Positions 50,619-64,000 of a stretch of DNA of 64,000 nt are shown in pieces; positions within the stretch are counted from its first letter, which is position 1, and the number at the start of each line of letters is the position of its first letter. The DNA is from the human T2T-CHM13v2.0 reference genome, Homo sapiens, in the NCBI RefSeq assembly GCF_009914755.1, contig NC_060932.1; one strand, given 5' to 3'. The translations under genes and the position numbers were made by a program. The notes beneath the pieces are model-generated. The model was not told where the DNA came from. It saw only the letters and a program-made list of their open reading frames with translations, and searched no databases.

Positions 50619-52779
50619 ATCCATACCGAGATGTTCAAATCACCTGGGCAAAATTGGGACATTGTTCTCTCCCACAGCAGGCCATCATAGGGTTCATTTG
50701 TTCAAATGCTGGAACATTCTTCAAACCCTGTCTTAGAATCTCAGAGTAGGGGCCTCAGAGGGCCCCTCAGTGAAACTGCCTCCATGGTGGCTGCACCTGA
50801 GCTGCTGCCTTGGGGGTGACACCCCTGGAACTCGCCCCAGAGTCACCCACTTGTCACTAAATGGTGCCATGAGCACGGCCTCCCCAGGCAGAGCTGATTT
50901 GATCACGAGCTTTGACTCCTGTGATTGGCCTTGGACATTTTTCTTACCAGTGTGTTATTTTCCTATTCCTATTTGGTATTCTCTAGTGATTCGAGTGCGT
51001 AGGTAACTAAGTTTCCTGTTTTAATGATATATTTAGGTAATTCTGATATCATTTCAAGTATCTTTAAAAACAATCTACTTAATTGTCAACAACCAAGTGT
51101 ATGGAAAGTTACGTAAAATCCTGTTTACTGATGAGAGAAGGCGGCTGCTGTGGTGACAGCACACAGTCAGCAAAGAGGTCCAGAGGATGACGTGCAGCTT
51201 CCCGGCGGCCTGGAGAGCTCCCCAGGTCTCACCCCATCTCGCTTCCATCTCAAGGTCCTGAGCACCCCCCTCTTGCAGACCTGCTTCTATTTTTTGGACA
51301 GTTTGGGAAAATCACGCTCTTTAATCCTGAACACCTCGGATCACTTCAAAACAAGATGCTCAGAAAAGGGAAACTCTAATCCGTCAACCAGGGAAAGATA
51401 GTAACTGTCTAATCGCACAGCATCCCACAGTGAGCAGCCACCGGGCCGGGACAGAGCAGACCGTGCATCCAGGTGCCTAGACTGCCCCACCTTCGAATTC
51501 AGAGGAAAAAAGACCCAGTTCGCTGCAGCAGCATTACTCGGGATAAGGCCATGATCTCATAACCTCTCAGTAGTGGCTGTGGGGTGGGGCTGGCTTCTGG
51601 ACACCCAGCTCAGCTGTGTTATCACCTTCTCCCATCCTGTGGGAGGGCGTGTGCACTGATCACTCCTGGTGTGAGCACAGAGAGGGGTCGACGCGGTCCG
51701 TGCTGCTGAAGGCCGCCGTGCATTTGTTCCATCTAACATACATGCATTGGGCACCGAGGGGGCTGGTAATGGTGAGTGACACAGACACACAGAGGCTGTC
51801 GGGTGCTGCTGAGGATGGTGACTGAGTGAATCATGGGCGGTGGGAACAGGCCGCAGGAGATGTTGCAGGAGAGGCAGAGACCTGTGGCTCTGGGAGCCCT
51901 TAGGTGGGAGGATCAGTGTCTCTTCCAGTTAGGTTTGAAGAATGGTGCAGGACTCCCTGGTGAGCCAGGTGGACATGACCTCAAGCTCCTGGGCCCGTTG
52001 CCTGGGATGCATCCCAAGGCACGCACCAGGACCTAACCAGTGTCTTCAGCCTCTGCTAGGAGCTTCCAGTCAGAGTCCCCCTGCACATTCAAACGTGTGA
52101 CAAGCATTCTCGATGCTTCACCTATGCCCAGGATTTGACTCCAGCCAGTCTTTGCACAGTTGTCCACCTCCCTGTTCACTTTTCTTTAAGTCATGGATAA
52201 CAAAGGGTGGAGATTTGATGGTGTTGCTGTCTTCCGCCGAGTGTGGGATAGCCCACAGGGCCTCTGAGCACTTCACCATCCATTCTCTAGCTGTCTCTGT
52301 CTGTCCCAGACCCCTCACCCTTTGATCTGCTGCCAGGCAGGAAGACGTTTAACTGATTTTGCAGATTGGGACCAAACAACTTCGGTGGGTGGAACGGCTG
52401 GTGCGTGCGCTTCCTTTCCCTCCCCCAGTGTCAGGGCACTGAGGCTGGAGTTGGTGAAGCACTAGGGCTCGTGCAGCAGGTGAGAGGAGGGAAGCTCCTC
52501 CCTGGGAGGGACAGGCACCCCTACTCGCCTTCACGGAGCCCTTCTTCAGCTCCCAGTATGTTAGCAGGAGTTTCAGGAAAGAAACGACAGAGGCCATCAA
52601 ATGCACAGATGAAATTTTTAAGTGAAAGGAAATACTGTCCAAAACTTTCATTTTAGAAAGGAAAGAAGCACTTCTAAAGAAGCATTTCTTGTCCCGAGGG
52701 ACAAGAGGGCCACCCATGGTTGCTCAGCGTGGGCTGCCGACGGCCGCCCGGGTCTGGTGCATGTGGTTTCTTGTCTGCT

Positions 52780-52945
52780 GTGCACTGAGCACAAACTACA
52801 TGCCAGGCTCTGCCCTGTGCTTCTAAGACATTATTTGTCAATACTCATGGCAAACTTATGATGTAGATATTGATGCCTCCTTTACAGAGTAGAAAACAGA
52901 GGCTCACAATGCTGAGAGTTTTGCCCAAGGTGACACGCTAACCTG
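52780..52945 (-). mobile_element. MIR relic
   Basis: tgagcacaaactacatgccagg...tttacagagtagaaaacagaggctca...ttgcccaaggtgacac. Confidence 0.65.
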
Positions 52946-53105
52946 TGCTTCCCAGGCCTGTGTGTCTCCGAGGGTCTTAACCACAATGAAGATTTTGATT
53001 CAGTCCGTCTGGGTTGGGGCCTGAGATTCTGAATTTCCAAGAAGTTCCAGGTAATGTGAGTACAGGAGGCCCCAGGACTGCCCCGTGAGTAGCAAGTCTC
53101 TAAAC
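52946..53105. mobile_element. MER5-like hAT relic
   Basis: gattttgattcagt..gtctgggttggggcctgagattctgaatttc...ttccaggtaatg...tgagtagcaag. Confidence 0.65.
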
Positions 53106-54164
53106 CAGCATCTCTGCTTATCGTCACAGAGGTGCACAGGCTGATTCTGCAGGCCTCTCCTGGCTGACGCTGGCCTCGGCACCCAAGTGCAGAGGGAACT
53201 GGTCCTGGCTGTGGAGATTCAGGGCCTCACCTGGACTGTGATTCTTGAGGCCATGACCATCACAGGGGCCCGTGGGCGGGGCCCTCACACACCTTCCAGG
53301 TCACCCTTTCTCTGTCCAGCAGGGTCTCACTTCTGTACCGAGGTTTAACCCTGTGGCACTGAATATTCACAGCTTTTCACGAACGCGTGTCACTGGTGAG
53401 ATTCCTACAATGTGGACCAAAACAAGAGGCATCGTTTTTCCTGAAACTGACACCATCCCATGATAGACAAAAAAGTAAAAACACTGAGCATTCTGACACT
53501 GTCTTGTTGCCTTGTTATTTGAAGAAGCAATAAATGAATCAATAAGATATTTAGGACATTTCAGCTGGCAAACTCAAATATTATTCAGCCGTTGTTATCA
53601 AAAGCCAGATTGCACTTAGCCCATAAAATACTGAAGAAAAAACTGCTATGAATAATATTTTATAATTTCTTGGTGAGCGTTTGATATGTACCTACACAGC
53701 ACAGCAAAGCACGCCTTTGCCTGTGATTCTACCACACCTCACCAACGCGTTTGTTAAAACAGTCTGCACGGGGCTGTAAATGCTGAGGCCAAGGGAAAAA
53801 GTAAAAAGGAAAACTATATGACCTGGGGGAAGTGGTTTTACTTGATATGACTGAAACAGATGCTGAGCAAAACACATCATCTAGAATCAAGAGTATTGGG
53901 ATTCATAAGTAAATTCATCACAGAAATGTTTCAGACTCTTTCGAGGTATTGCGTCCTTGAGTCATTCAATAATTTGTTGTTAAGGCAGGTGGAGGAAAAT
54001 AAACTTTAGATTCACACAGACCTGGGTTTGGATTCTGTCTCTGATGAATATTTGCTGCGGATGAATATTTCTGGGGAAGTTATGTAGCTAATTTTGAGTT
54101 TCTGGATAACAGAGCTTTCCACTAAAGACTGATTTTACAATTATGTACCCAAAATTCTACTCTT

Positions 54165-57100
54165 CTTTTCTTTTGTTCTTTTTTTTTTTAATACTACGAT
54201 GGTTTTTAGTACGTTCATAGAGCTGTGAAATCATCACATTTTTGTCATTCCCTAAGGGAAACATGCTCATTAGTACTCATTTCCTTCTTTCTTGCACCCA
54301 CATCGCAAGCCCAGGCAACCATGAATCTACGTTCTACTTCTGTGGATTTGCCTATTCTGGACATTTCTTATCAATGGGATTATACAGTATGTGGCCATTT
54401 CCTTACTCCAGCACAGTTTTTCCCATTTGCCTCCTTTGTACTGTTATTGTCAAGTATATTACATTTCTGTATGTTATGCGTCCAATAATACAATTCCATA
54501 CTTATTGTTCTATGCAGTTGCTTTTGAAAACAGGAGAAAATATATGCATTTATACTTTTTTTAAAAAGTACATAATTACCTTTACTACTGCCCTTTGTTT
54601 TTTTGTGTGGATTTGAAAATCGTATGAGTTCACTTGTTTTCAGCCTGAAGAATTCCTTTAATATCTCATAAAGCAGTTCAGCTAGCAAGAAATTCTCTCC
54701 GTTTTTGCTTATCTTGAAATTTCTTTATTTCACCTTCATGTCTGACAGATGGCCTTGCTGGATATAGGATTGTGGATTAATAGTTTCTTCCTCTGAGCAC
54801 TTTGAATATGTTATCCCACTGCCTTCTGGCCTCCATCCTTTTACAGACAGATCAAGTGTTAATCCTACTGGGTTCCCTTCTTTGAGGCGAGCCATTTTAT
54901 TCTGTTCCTTTCAAGGTTTCTCCTTGTCTTTGTCTTGAACATTTTGATTCTGGTGTGTCTAGGTGTGTGTGTCCAGGTGTGTGTGTCCAGGTGTGTGTGT
55001 CCAGGTGTGTGTGTCTAGGTGTGTGTGTCCAGGTGTGTGTGTCCAGGTGTGTGTGTCCAGGTGTGTGTGTCTAGGTGTGTGTGTCCAGGTGTGTGTGTCT
55101 AGGTGTGTGTGTCTAGGTGTGTGTGTCCAGGTGTGTTTGTCTAGGTGTTTGCGTCCAGGTGTGTGCATCCAGGTGTGTACGTCTAGGTGTGTGTGTCCAG
55201 GTGTGTGTGTCTAGGTGTTTGTGTCCAGGTGTGTGTGTCTAGGTGTGTTTGTCTAGGTGTGTGCGTCCAGGTGTGTGCGTCTAGGTGTGTGTGTCCAGGT
55301 GTGTGTGTCTAGGTGTTTGTGTCCAGGTGTGTGTGTCTAGGTGTGTGTGGCCAGGTGTGTGTGTCTAGGTGTGTCTCTTTGTGTAGAGTTTTTTGGGCTC
55401 CTTGAATGTGTAGGTTAACATTTTTCAGCAAATTTGGGAGCTTTTCAGCTATTATTTCTTGGACATTTTTTCTGCTTGGAACTTTTTTTCTGCTTCTTTC
55501 TCTCTCACATCTCCTCTGGTACTCTCATTAAGGGTGTCCCACGCTTCTATTCATTTTTCTTAATTATTTTTCCCTCTCTGTTTTTCAGGTTGTATAATCT
55601 CTATTGACATAACTTCAAGTCTGCTGGTTCTTTCTTCTGACTGCTCCAATTTACTGCTGGGCCCCTGAGTGAACTTTTCATTTCAGTTATTGTTCTTTTC
55701 AACTCCACAATTTTTTGTTTTTTAAAATAATTTTTATTTCTTTATTGATATTCCTTATTAGATGGGACACTGTCATCATAATTTCTTTTAATTCTTTTAA
55801 CATGGTCTCCTTTAGTAACTTGAATATGTTTCTGTGGCTGTTTTGACACTGGCTGACTTTGTCTGTTAATCCGATGTCTGGAATTTGTCATAGTTTCTGT
55901 TGCCTTCTGTTTTCCTGAGCATGGGTCGCACTTTCCTGTTTTCTTGCATTTTTGTGGAAACTGGCATTTTAGGTAATATATCATAGCAAATCTGGATTCT
56001 GACCCCGACCCCCAGGGGCTGCTATTTCTGTTTGATTGCTTGCTTGCTTGTTTGATTAGGGACGTAGCTCTGATATTGCTCCTCAGAGGGCACAGCCTTG
56101 GACTAGCACACAGTCTCTCCGACCACCTGTGGTATCTATGGTTTTCTCTGGGCTCTCTGTTAAGCTTCCGCTGGTCTGTCTCTCTTTGGTGTCACACACA
56201 GCTGTTAACATCCACTAAATGCAAGTGCTCTATCATTTTTTATGGTGCCTGGGGCACACGTTGCTCCATAGACTCATCCAGTGAACATCAGGTGCTTTTG
56301 CAGGGGCAGAGTGTTGCCAGCTTTTCAAGTCTGCTCAGACCCCTGGTGCTCTTCTCAACAATCTCTCTTCCTTGTTCCCTCTGTTTAATTTCTATCTAGT
56401 CTACCATTTCACCCACTCTTAATTGTTCATCAACAAAATCTCCACTATTTTTGCCAATTTCCTTGGGCTTGAACTTCCGCATGCTGTTCTCCAAGTAAAG
56501 TCTGTCACCTCAGGGACATGCTCTGCTCTTAGGTCTCCTCTGCTCCTGGGGACCGTGATCCAGTTCCACCAGAGTGACACCCTTGCTGCATGAGCCAGTA
56601 GCTGGGTGGGCATGGTAGCCTCTTGTCCTCCTAGCTTGCCCCTCCAGACATGGAACCTCCACACTGTGAGTGACTTGGTGTGGGGCAATCCAGGCAGATG
56701 TGCTCAGTCTGCCACACCTGGGATGGGGCTCCCACCCTCTGAGGACAAGCACAGGCTGAAGCAGGGGAGCCCTAGTCCTCTCAGTTGCAACTTCCTGGAA
56801 TGGTGCTTCTGCAGTGCAAACTGAGAGGGATGAGAGATGCAGGTGGCCTGCCTTCCTGGGGTGAAACCACATCCCTAGACCAGGAGCCAGGAAGACAGAC
56901 CACAGCATCTTGTTAGCTGGACCTTCCTGGAGCAGAGCTTTCATCACAATGCGCTTTAAGGGTGGGGAGCGGTGGATTGTGGCTCTGATACCACTGATCC
57001 TTACCGTTCTTACTGAGATTTGATTATTTCTTTGAGTAAATATTTATCCACCTGCTGTATGCCTTTAGGATAATTTCTAGTTTTAAAAAAATGAATGTTC

Positions 57101-57170
57101 GGCGGTTAAATGGTTATTTCCCTGGATAGAGGCCCTTCCAAGCTCCTCACACCACCATTCCAGAAGCTCT
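54165..57170 (-). mobile_element. Old L1M composite (3' piece at ~54165-54400, then ORF1/5' region)
   Basis: ccaggcaaccatgaatctac.ttct; cagcctgaagaattcctttaatat; agcactttgaatatgttatcccactgccttctggcctcca; caaatttgggagcttttcagctattatttctt. Confidence 0.75.
54953..55375 (+). repeat. Minisatellite, 14-bp unit C(C/T)AGGTGTGTGTGT, 30 copies, inside L1M
   Basis: 16 CCAGG and 14 CTAGG units by manual count. Confidence 0.95.
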
Positions 57171-57174
57171 CCTC

Positions 57175-57358
57175 TGCTGCTTATTTTTGAAAATAAAATT
57201 TTATTGGAACATCCAGACATGCTCATTCCTTTATATATTACCTACCCACGTCTTCACCCTTCAACAGCAGAGTTGGTAACTGCAACAGAAACTGCATGGC
57301 CCATAAAGCTTAAAACAGTTACCGGCCCTTTACAGAATTCTTTTCCACTGCTTGTCCT
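57175..57358. mobile_element. MER58 hAT relic
   Basis: aaataaaattttattggaaca...acagcagagttg.taactgcaacagaaactgcatggccc.taaagc.taaaa...ggccctttacagaa. Confidence 0.75.
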
Positions 57359-57515
57359 AGATAATAATTTGATACAAATTTGTGCTCATTTGTTAATTCA
57401 AAAAAGTGTAACTACTTATATGCTGGGATAAACCAAAGAGACACAAAGTTTCATCCCTCAGGAGATTTCAGGTTAGAAGAAAAGATCATTTTTAGTCAAA
57501 GAGACCACAAACATA

Positions 57516-57648
57516 GGCCAGGCTTGGTGGCTCAAGCCTGTAATCCCAGCAGTTTGGGAGGCTGAGGCAGGAGGATCACTTAGAGTTTGAGACCAGCCTG
57601 GGCAACATAGTGAGACCCCGTCTCTACGAAAAATTAAGAGAAAAAAAT
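57516..57648 (+). mobile_element. FLAM_C-like Alu monomer with a small internal deletion
   Basis: Left-arm sequence only. TSD gaccacaaacata / gaccacaaatata shows it inserted as a monomer. Confidence 0.9.
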
Positions 57649-57824
57649 TGACCACAAATATAAGTCAGACCACGACTATAATAGATATGGCCTAAGAGAT
57701 ATTCCCTGACTCAGGAAGACGCGGCAGACATGACGAGGAGACTATACTCGAGAAGACTCCCATGAAGAAGTGAAAATGGAAGCTAAATTCTGAAGGATAA
57801 GCCAGCATTAGCAAGGCCAAGAAG

Positions 57825-58260
57825 ATCCCTCAGGAGCTGACCCTGTGACAAGGATTGGAGTGCAGGCTGTTTATTTCCAGGAGAGAGGAAGATGGCCAAC
57901 AAAGGGTACGCTTAAAACCAGTCACCACTGTGGGCAGCTGCAGCCTTCTGCCACTGTCAGACTCTGGGAGCCAATGCAAACAACAAAAGCAAAAACAAAC
58001 ACCCAAAAGAATGCACCTGAGATGTATTCACCCCAGAGGGCGAGGAGCCGGATAGATGTCCGTAACCAAGGTCTCCTGAGGGCTGTGCCCTGACGCATTT
58101 ATTCCCTGGAACTTTTGCCTGTGGATGGAGCCGGTGGCAGCAGATTGGGTTTTAGCTGCGGGACAAAGTCCTTGGACAAGGAACTGGGGCACTGGCCCCT
58201 GGGAGCTGGCTGGGGGGGGGCACTGCAGTGCCACGTGTAGAGAATATGGGCAAGGCCCCA
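57825..58260 (-). mobile_element. LTR33-like ERVL LTR
   Basis: gaccctgtgacaaggattggagtgcagg.tgtttattt...gccaacaaagggt...ccagtcaccactgtgggcagctg...actctgggag. Confidence 0.65.
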
Positions 58261-59489
58261 GCAGTGGACATCATGGAGGTACTCCAGGCAGAGGGAGTAT
58301 CACCAGCAAAGGCCCCGTGGCAAGGGAAGACCACAACCAGGGTCCAAGAGAAGTGGGCAACAGCAGAGCCACGTGGAGCCAGGGACTTACTGGACACAGG
58401 CCCCTCATTTCCTGGCACGTGAGATGGTGTCCTTGGTTATCCTGCCCTAGAACATGCTTAAAGGTGTCCTATAGTCACTTAAGAATTCAGCCAATACTGT
58501 AGTGCCTGTGAGTATCAGATGTTTCATTATTTAATCTTCAAGTATTCTTGTATGTATTCATTTCATTAGTAAGAAAAATAGTGGTCAAAAGGTGAGAGGA
58601 ATTGCCCATATCACACAGCTTATAGAGCTGCAACCACCATAACTGAAGCATCAAAAGGAAAGGAAATCGTGAACAAAAGTCCACGATGCCTCCAGCACAC
58701 GCACAGTGTCTTTAATTCACACCTTCCCCATGGATTGGGCTGAAAGGATAAGCTCCAAATTTGCAGCATATTAGTGTATTTTTTCATTAAAGATGATTCA
58801 GTACTTGCAAGGGTCATTTCAGCAGCTGCAGGCCAAAGGATAGAAGTCTCTTGTCCCTTCCTAAGGATAAGAGGAGCACGGTCATGTGGATCCCTGCACC
58901 CTGACTCAGTTTGAGGAATGCATTCTTCATTCTGTGCCAGGCTTTCTAATTAAGGAACAGCTCAGATGCCACCTCCTGCACGGCAGTCACCCTTGACCGT
59001 CCCAGGCTGGGTCAGGTGCCCCGGCTCTCTCTATGCTTCCCCAGCACTCTGCCTTGGGCTCTTTTTTACCCTTCATCAGGCTGCATGGGACATAGCCTGA
59101 TCCCGGATCCTGGCTGTGAAGTAAGCCGCGTGGCTTCGGCGGCACACCATCGCGGCCGTGGGCTGGCTGAGCGCTCAGCTCCTCAGCACCTTGGAGACAC
59201 CTTGGCCCTGCTCGTGGTCCTGCTGTGGGGCACTGGTCAGGTGAGGGTGGGGGTTCTGCAGTGATTAAAATACTCCATTACCTGGGTGTGCAATCCGTTC
59301 AGATATTGGCAGGTGATCCAAGTCAGGCCAAATAAAATTTGCCCTGAGAGTTTATGAACACTGAGAGATAAATTATGAGTCTTTCTCTAGGGATCTTGCT
59401 ACAAGGAATAAATGGATGCCGCTTTCAGGAAGCCTTATGAAATAGAGAATAGTGAGAACAAAATACAAAGAGAAGCAGAGACAAGAAGA

Positions 59490-59695
59490 CAGAGAAGTGG
59501 ACGGAAAGATGCAGGGATGGATGAATGGGTGGGTGAACAGGGGGTGGAGGGATGGGGGAGGGAGGAAAGGAGAGATGAAAGGATGGATGTGCACGTGGAT
59601 CAATGGATAAAGACACGGGTGAGTGGGTAGGTGGGTGGAGGGGTGGATGGAGGGAGGGAGGGTTGGATAGATGGGTGGATGGATAGGTGGATGAG
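59490..59695. repeat. Degenerate (GGAT)n/(GGGT)n purine-rich simple repeat, within MLT1J/K-like fragments (~59400-59840)
   Basis: ggatggatgaatgggtgggtg... The flank has tgtgagccaataaatcccctt. Confidence 0.75.
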
Positions 59696-60149
59696 CAGCA
59701 AAGAAACAGTTTCTGACAAAATTATTTAAACTCGTATATCTAGTTATGACTTCAGCTAGAATCTTTCACTAGATTTTTATGATGTGAGCCAATAAATCCC
59801 CTTTGGATTCAGCTAGTTTTGCTAGGTTGCTTGCTACCAAAAAATTTAAAATTTGCATAATATATGCTCCTCTCTCTCTTGAATTCCCTGCTTTGCCCAC
59901 TCGGCTCGTATCTGGAACCGTCTCCCTCACTGCTGGCTATCTCTAATCCCCTCCTTTTCCTTGGCCCTCATGCTCTTAACCACGCCTTCTTTCCTGTAGG
60001 AACTGTGCTTCTATAGGAAACCGTCATTCCACTCGCTTGAGACTATGCTGGGGAACAACAGCAGTTCCAAACTTGCCCACAGCCCAAGAGCGACGTGCAC
60101 GGAAGCAGGAACATCCTGCACCTTCATCACAAGGACTGACTAATGGTGG

Positions 60150-60870
60150 TTCCCTTTAGCTACAGATGACTCCATCCTTCCCACTCTCGCCCTTTAGATG
60201 ACAGTCTTCCCCCTGATCTCCACACCCAGCTCCCTCACTCCCAGCTCCACACTTGCTTCCTGGTTGGTCCTGGTGGGCCATGGTGGGTCTATGGGACTCA
60301 GCAGGCACCTGTGCTGATGGTTTCTGGGTTCCTGGATGTTTGCTGCTGGTGCCGCTTCTCATCTTTCTCATGAACATTTCCAACTGCACCACGATCCCAC
60401 TGAGACACCTCTCAGGGAACTCATTGTGTGGAAAACTGAATGCTTCTCCTCCTGCATCCCATAATGCAGACAGTGGCTTCTCCACCCTCCCAGGCCCCAG
60501 CCCCCCAGCCCAGAAACCCCTCAGTCCTTTGTCTCCTCTCCTAAATCAACAAGCCCTGTTGGCTCTTGCCAGTGAAGTTCCTCTCACTCTTTGGCCTGCC
60601 TGTCACTGTCCAGTCCTTGTTAATTCTTGCCAGATTTCCTGTGACCATCTCTTAGCTCCAGGCATCATCTTGCCTCCAGCCTCACCCCCACACAGCAGGG
60701 ACCTGTCTCCTGCAAGCCTCACTGTCACCGCATCCTGGACGTACATGAGGGTCTGTGTCTTTCACAGCGAAGTCCAGACCTCCTGATGGTGAGCGCAGCC
60801 CTTCGTGATCTGCCCCCGACACTCAGCCGTCTCATTCTCAGCTCCTCACACACATCTCACCAGAGCCATA
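60150..60870 (+). mobile_element. L2 relic
   Basis: atttccaactgc...aaaactgaa...cagaaacc...aagccctgttggctct...aagtccagacctcct...gcccttcgtgatctgcccc. Confidence 0.5.
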
Positions 60871-61557
60871 TGCCTTGCATCTTGGATATTATTTTCAGGA
60901 AATTGCCCCAAACCAAGCAGTGGGACCAGGGACAGTCGGCGACTTCTCTGGACCTGTCTTTCCTTATCGATAAGATGAAAGGCTTAGACAAGGCCACCTC
61001 TATGGAGCCCGGCCAATTTGCCCCACTGGGTTTCCTTTTGATATACTTAATGACACTAAAAAACCTATTTAAAGGTACCAATTCTGGGAGAGGGAAAGAA
61101 ACAGCAAAATGCAAATTCTACCAGTTCACCAAACCCAACTTAAATCTTCTTCAGGAGCACAATGCAGCTGCCGCCCACCCAGGCCTTCCAGGAGCCCGCA
61201 ATGAAGTTAATTATTAGACCTGAGGGCATTTGAGTGGAGTGGGACTCCCAGCACACTGAGGAAGCAAGAAAAACCTGAAGTAAAAAGAGAGCTAAGCTAA
61301 GACACCTGATAGATGTTAAGTCAGGAACAATCCCCTGGAAAGTAAGTTAGGAATGTAGGAAATTTTTCCAAGTTGCTCACTTAAATCATTTCCAAAGTGG
61401 TTTGACTTTTTCCTTAATGAAATTGTCATGATAGGTGGGACGTAACTTTGGATTTGAGTTCATAATATCTCTTAAAATCAATTAGAATAATAAAGTCATA
61501 TATGTTTCTGGCAAGTTAGTGTGTAAATATCTGGCTCTAGAACCTACTGTCAGCTGA

Positions 61558-61860
61558 GGCCAGGTGCAGTGGCTCATACCTGTAATCCCGGGACTTTGGG
61601 AGGCTGAGGCGGATGGATCACCTGAGGTCAGGAGTTGGAGACCAGCCTGGCCAACATGGTGAAACCGTGTCTCTACTAAAAATACAAAAATTAGCCAGGC
61701 CTGTGGCGTGCACATGTAGTCCCAACTACCCGGGAGGATGAGGCAAGAGGGTTGCTCTAAGGTGGAGGCTGCAGTGAGCCAAGATCACGCCACTGCACTA
61801 CAGCCTGGGCGACAAAGCAAGACTCCATCTAAAACAAAACAAAACAAAACAAAACAAAAC
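61558..61860 (+). mobile_element. AluSx-like element with an (AAAAC)6 tail
   Basis: gatcacctgaggtcaggag..ggccaacatggtgaaacc. TSD aacctactgtcagctga / aacttactgtgagctga. Confidence 0.95.
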
Positions 61861-63689
61861 TTACTGTGAGCTGAAAGAACTCTGGCCATCGAACCTGCCT
61901 ATGCCCATGTCCATGTGGACCCCACCCCAGGGCCAGCCTCTCCGGAGCCCCAGACACTGCAGGACAGAAACAGGAGAGCAGGAAACAGCAGGAAAGGAAA
62001 AGGAGGAGTGAGAGAAGAAAAAAATAAGGGAGGAAGGGAGAGAAAAGAATCAGCCCAAGTCTCCATGCCCTGTCCCGGTGCCGTGACGGACCAGCACTTG
62101 GGCAAGGTTGGAGAGTGGAGGGTGTGTGCTGAGCGGGGCGGTGCGGGTTTAGCAGGTGAGGGAGCTGACCATTCTCAGCCCTTCCTGAGTCACCCTGGAG
62201 ACCAGGCCGTTTAAGGACACCTCACAGCCCCTCTCCATGGCGACTTGGCAGGAGGAGCCCTGCCGCAGCTCTGTCTTCTCTGCACTCACCAGCCTTTTTT
62301 CCCTCATAGCCAAAGTCAAGCAGCTTAATGTTGACACAGCTCTTCCGACTTTACAAGACGCTTGTAGTTTTGGAACCACTTTGCCTACCCCGAGGGAGAA
62401 AAGCAGCTAAAACCAACAATGGAAGCATTTTATTCTTGAAGACACTGAGAAAGGTGGCGAAGGCCTGGCTGTGGAGAGAAGAAACAAGGGGCACCCTCTC
62501 CTCCCTCTTCTGTTTCTCTCCACACTGTGGCTCCCACTAAAACACATTTAAAGCCAGTTCTTGAAGGGTTTTCTCCATAACTGATGTGTCAGTTTTGTCT
62601 AACAATTCATTTTTCAAATAATCATCCATTTGGGAAGTCCTTTTTTGTAAAATTCACATTCTAAGAGAAATTTTAAAAAACGAAATCCTCTAAAACACGG
62701 ATATATCTACAAGAACACAGCACCACAAGACACTATCAGGTCCCATGACTCAGCCCTAGATAAGCTCTTCGAAATAGGAGGGAGCTCATCTGTCCAACAT
62801 CTCATCAGTTTCAGTAACAACTCCCAATCCAAGCCTGTCAATTAACGATAAACCGCTGTTTATGTAATGAAACACACAGATCTTTCTGACTTACCGCTTC
62901 TACATAGATTCATTGTGTTTATTTATGACTTCTTCAAGAAAGACAGAGATTGAGTGAGGTATTGCAGTCACTGCTAAAGAAATAATCAGTATTTAGCATT
63001 TGGACGGCACTTCCCTTGACAAACACCTCACTACCCGTCACTTAATTTACATTTCTCACTAAAGTGCCAGCGCCTTTCAGAAGCTAGCCATTGCCCTGCC
63101 CCCAAGTCTGTCATCACACTTCACTGTCAGAGAGAAGACTCTGAAAATGGAAAGATCCCGGCATGGCCCCCTGTAGGATGGAGCTCAGGTGCTCTGGTTT
63201 CTGGGCCCCATCACCATTGCTGAAGCAGGGAGTTACAACGTAAAATCTAATTTAGAATTACATTCACTATGAAGAACTGAATTATTTTAATTACTGAGCT
63301 GATAGCCTGCTTGTGACCTGCAATGACTGAAGGACATTTTTAAACATAAGACAAAGCAGAAAAGTCATAGGCATGTCCACGTGTACCCTAGGAAAGAGAA
63401 ACTCCTCCTCCAATGAATAAATGTAAGTGAATAGAAATAAAGTTGCTTTCTAATTACATCCCACAGACCCAGCCTGCAAGAGAGAGGTCCAAAACCAGTT
63501 GCCACTCACCATATAAAGAGCCAACCCAGGGAGGGAGCACATGTGTCCCTGACCTCTGTCCCAGGCTGGAGAACGGACTGTCCCCTCTGGGAAAACCTGA
63601 CCAGACCAAGAGAAAATGCTGACGGATACAGAGAGCTGAGAGCTGCCAAGGGAGGCTGCGTGGCCCGGTCACCCCACAGCAGCCCCATG

Positions 63690-64000
63690 TGAACAGATGG
63701 TCAGGAGTCAACAGGAGGATGCACCATGAAGGACAGAGATCAAAACGGGAAAAGGAAAACAGACCAAAGACAGGTGGAGAGCAGGAAGGAATTCCAGTAA
63801 CTGTAAATACTGTCTTCAGAGAGAAAAGATACGTCACCACTAAAGAACTGGAAGTCATGAAAAATGAACAGTTAAAAAAAGAGGATCTGGGAACTTAAAC
63901 TCTGAAACAATTTTTAAATTCCATAAAACTTGTACTAGATAAAGTTGGTAAACCTCACAGAAAGTAAATCAACAACAAAAAGAGATCTAAAAGGTGAAAA
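63690..64000 (+). mobile_element. Possible ancient L1M/HAL1 ORF1-region relic running off the window
   Basis: A-rich, coiled-coil-like translation (TTKELEVMKNEQLKKEDL). Weak similarity only. Confidence 0.35.

Overview
This window is primate (human-like) non-coding genomic DNA. I can support no protein-coding gene, RNA gene or CRISPR array. The ORF track is explained by chance, by tandem-repeat translation, and by one L1 ORF2 C-terminal remnant. Interspersed repeats include six Alu/FLAM copies, two L1PA 3' fragments, old L1M, L2 and MIR relics, MaLR/ERVL/ERV1 solo LTRs (one LTR2/HERV-E-like) and hAT MER relics. There are also five minisatellites (units of ~33, 21/19, 49, 49 and 14 bp), a density typical of subtelomeric DNA. 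Two of the arrays visibly grew out of a transposon's own sequence (MLT1A-like and L1M), and most carry an E-box-like core in their units. The left end is a CpG-island-like VNTR followed by two minus-strand candidate exons with good splice signals, which suggests the 5' end of a spliced lncRNA. I found no convincing new biological system. The best leads are the VNTRs as copy-number-variable regulatory arrays and the candidate minus-strand exons. Repeat family names come from recalled consensus similarity, not from a search, and the boundaries of old repeats are approximate.
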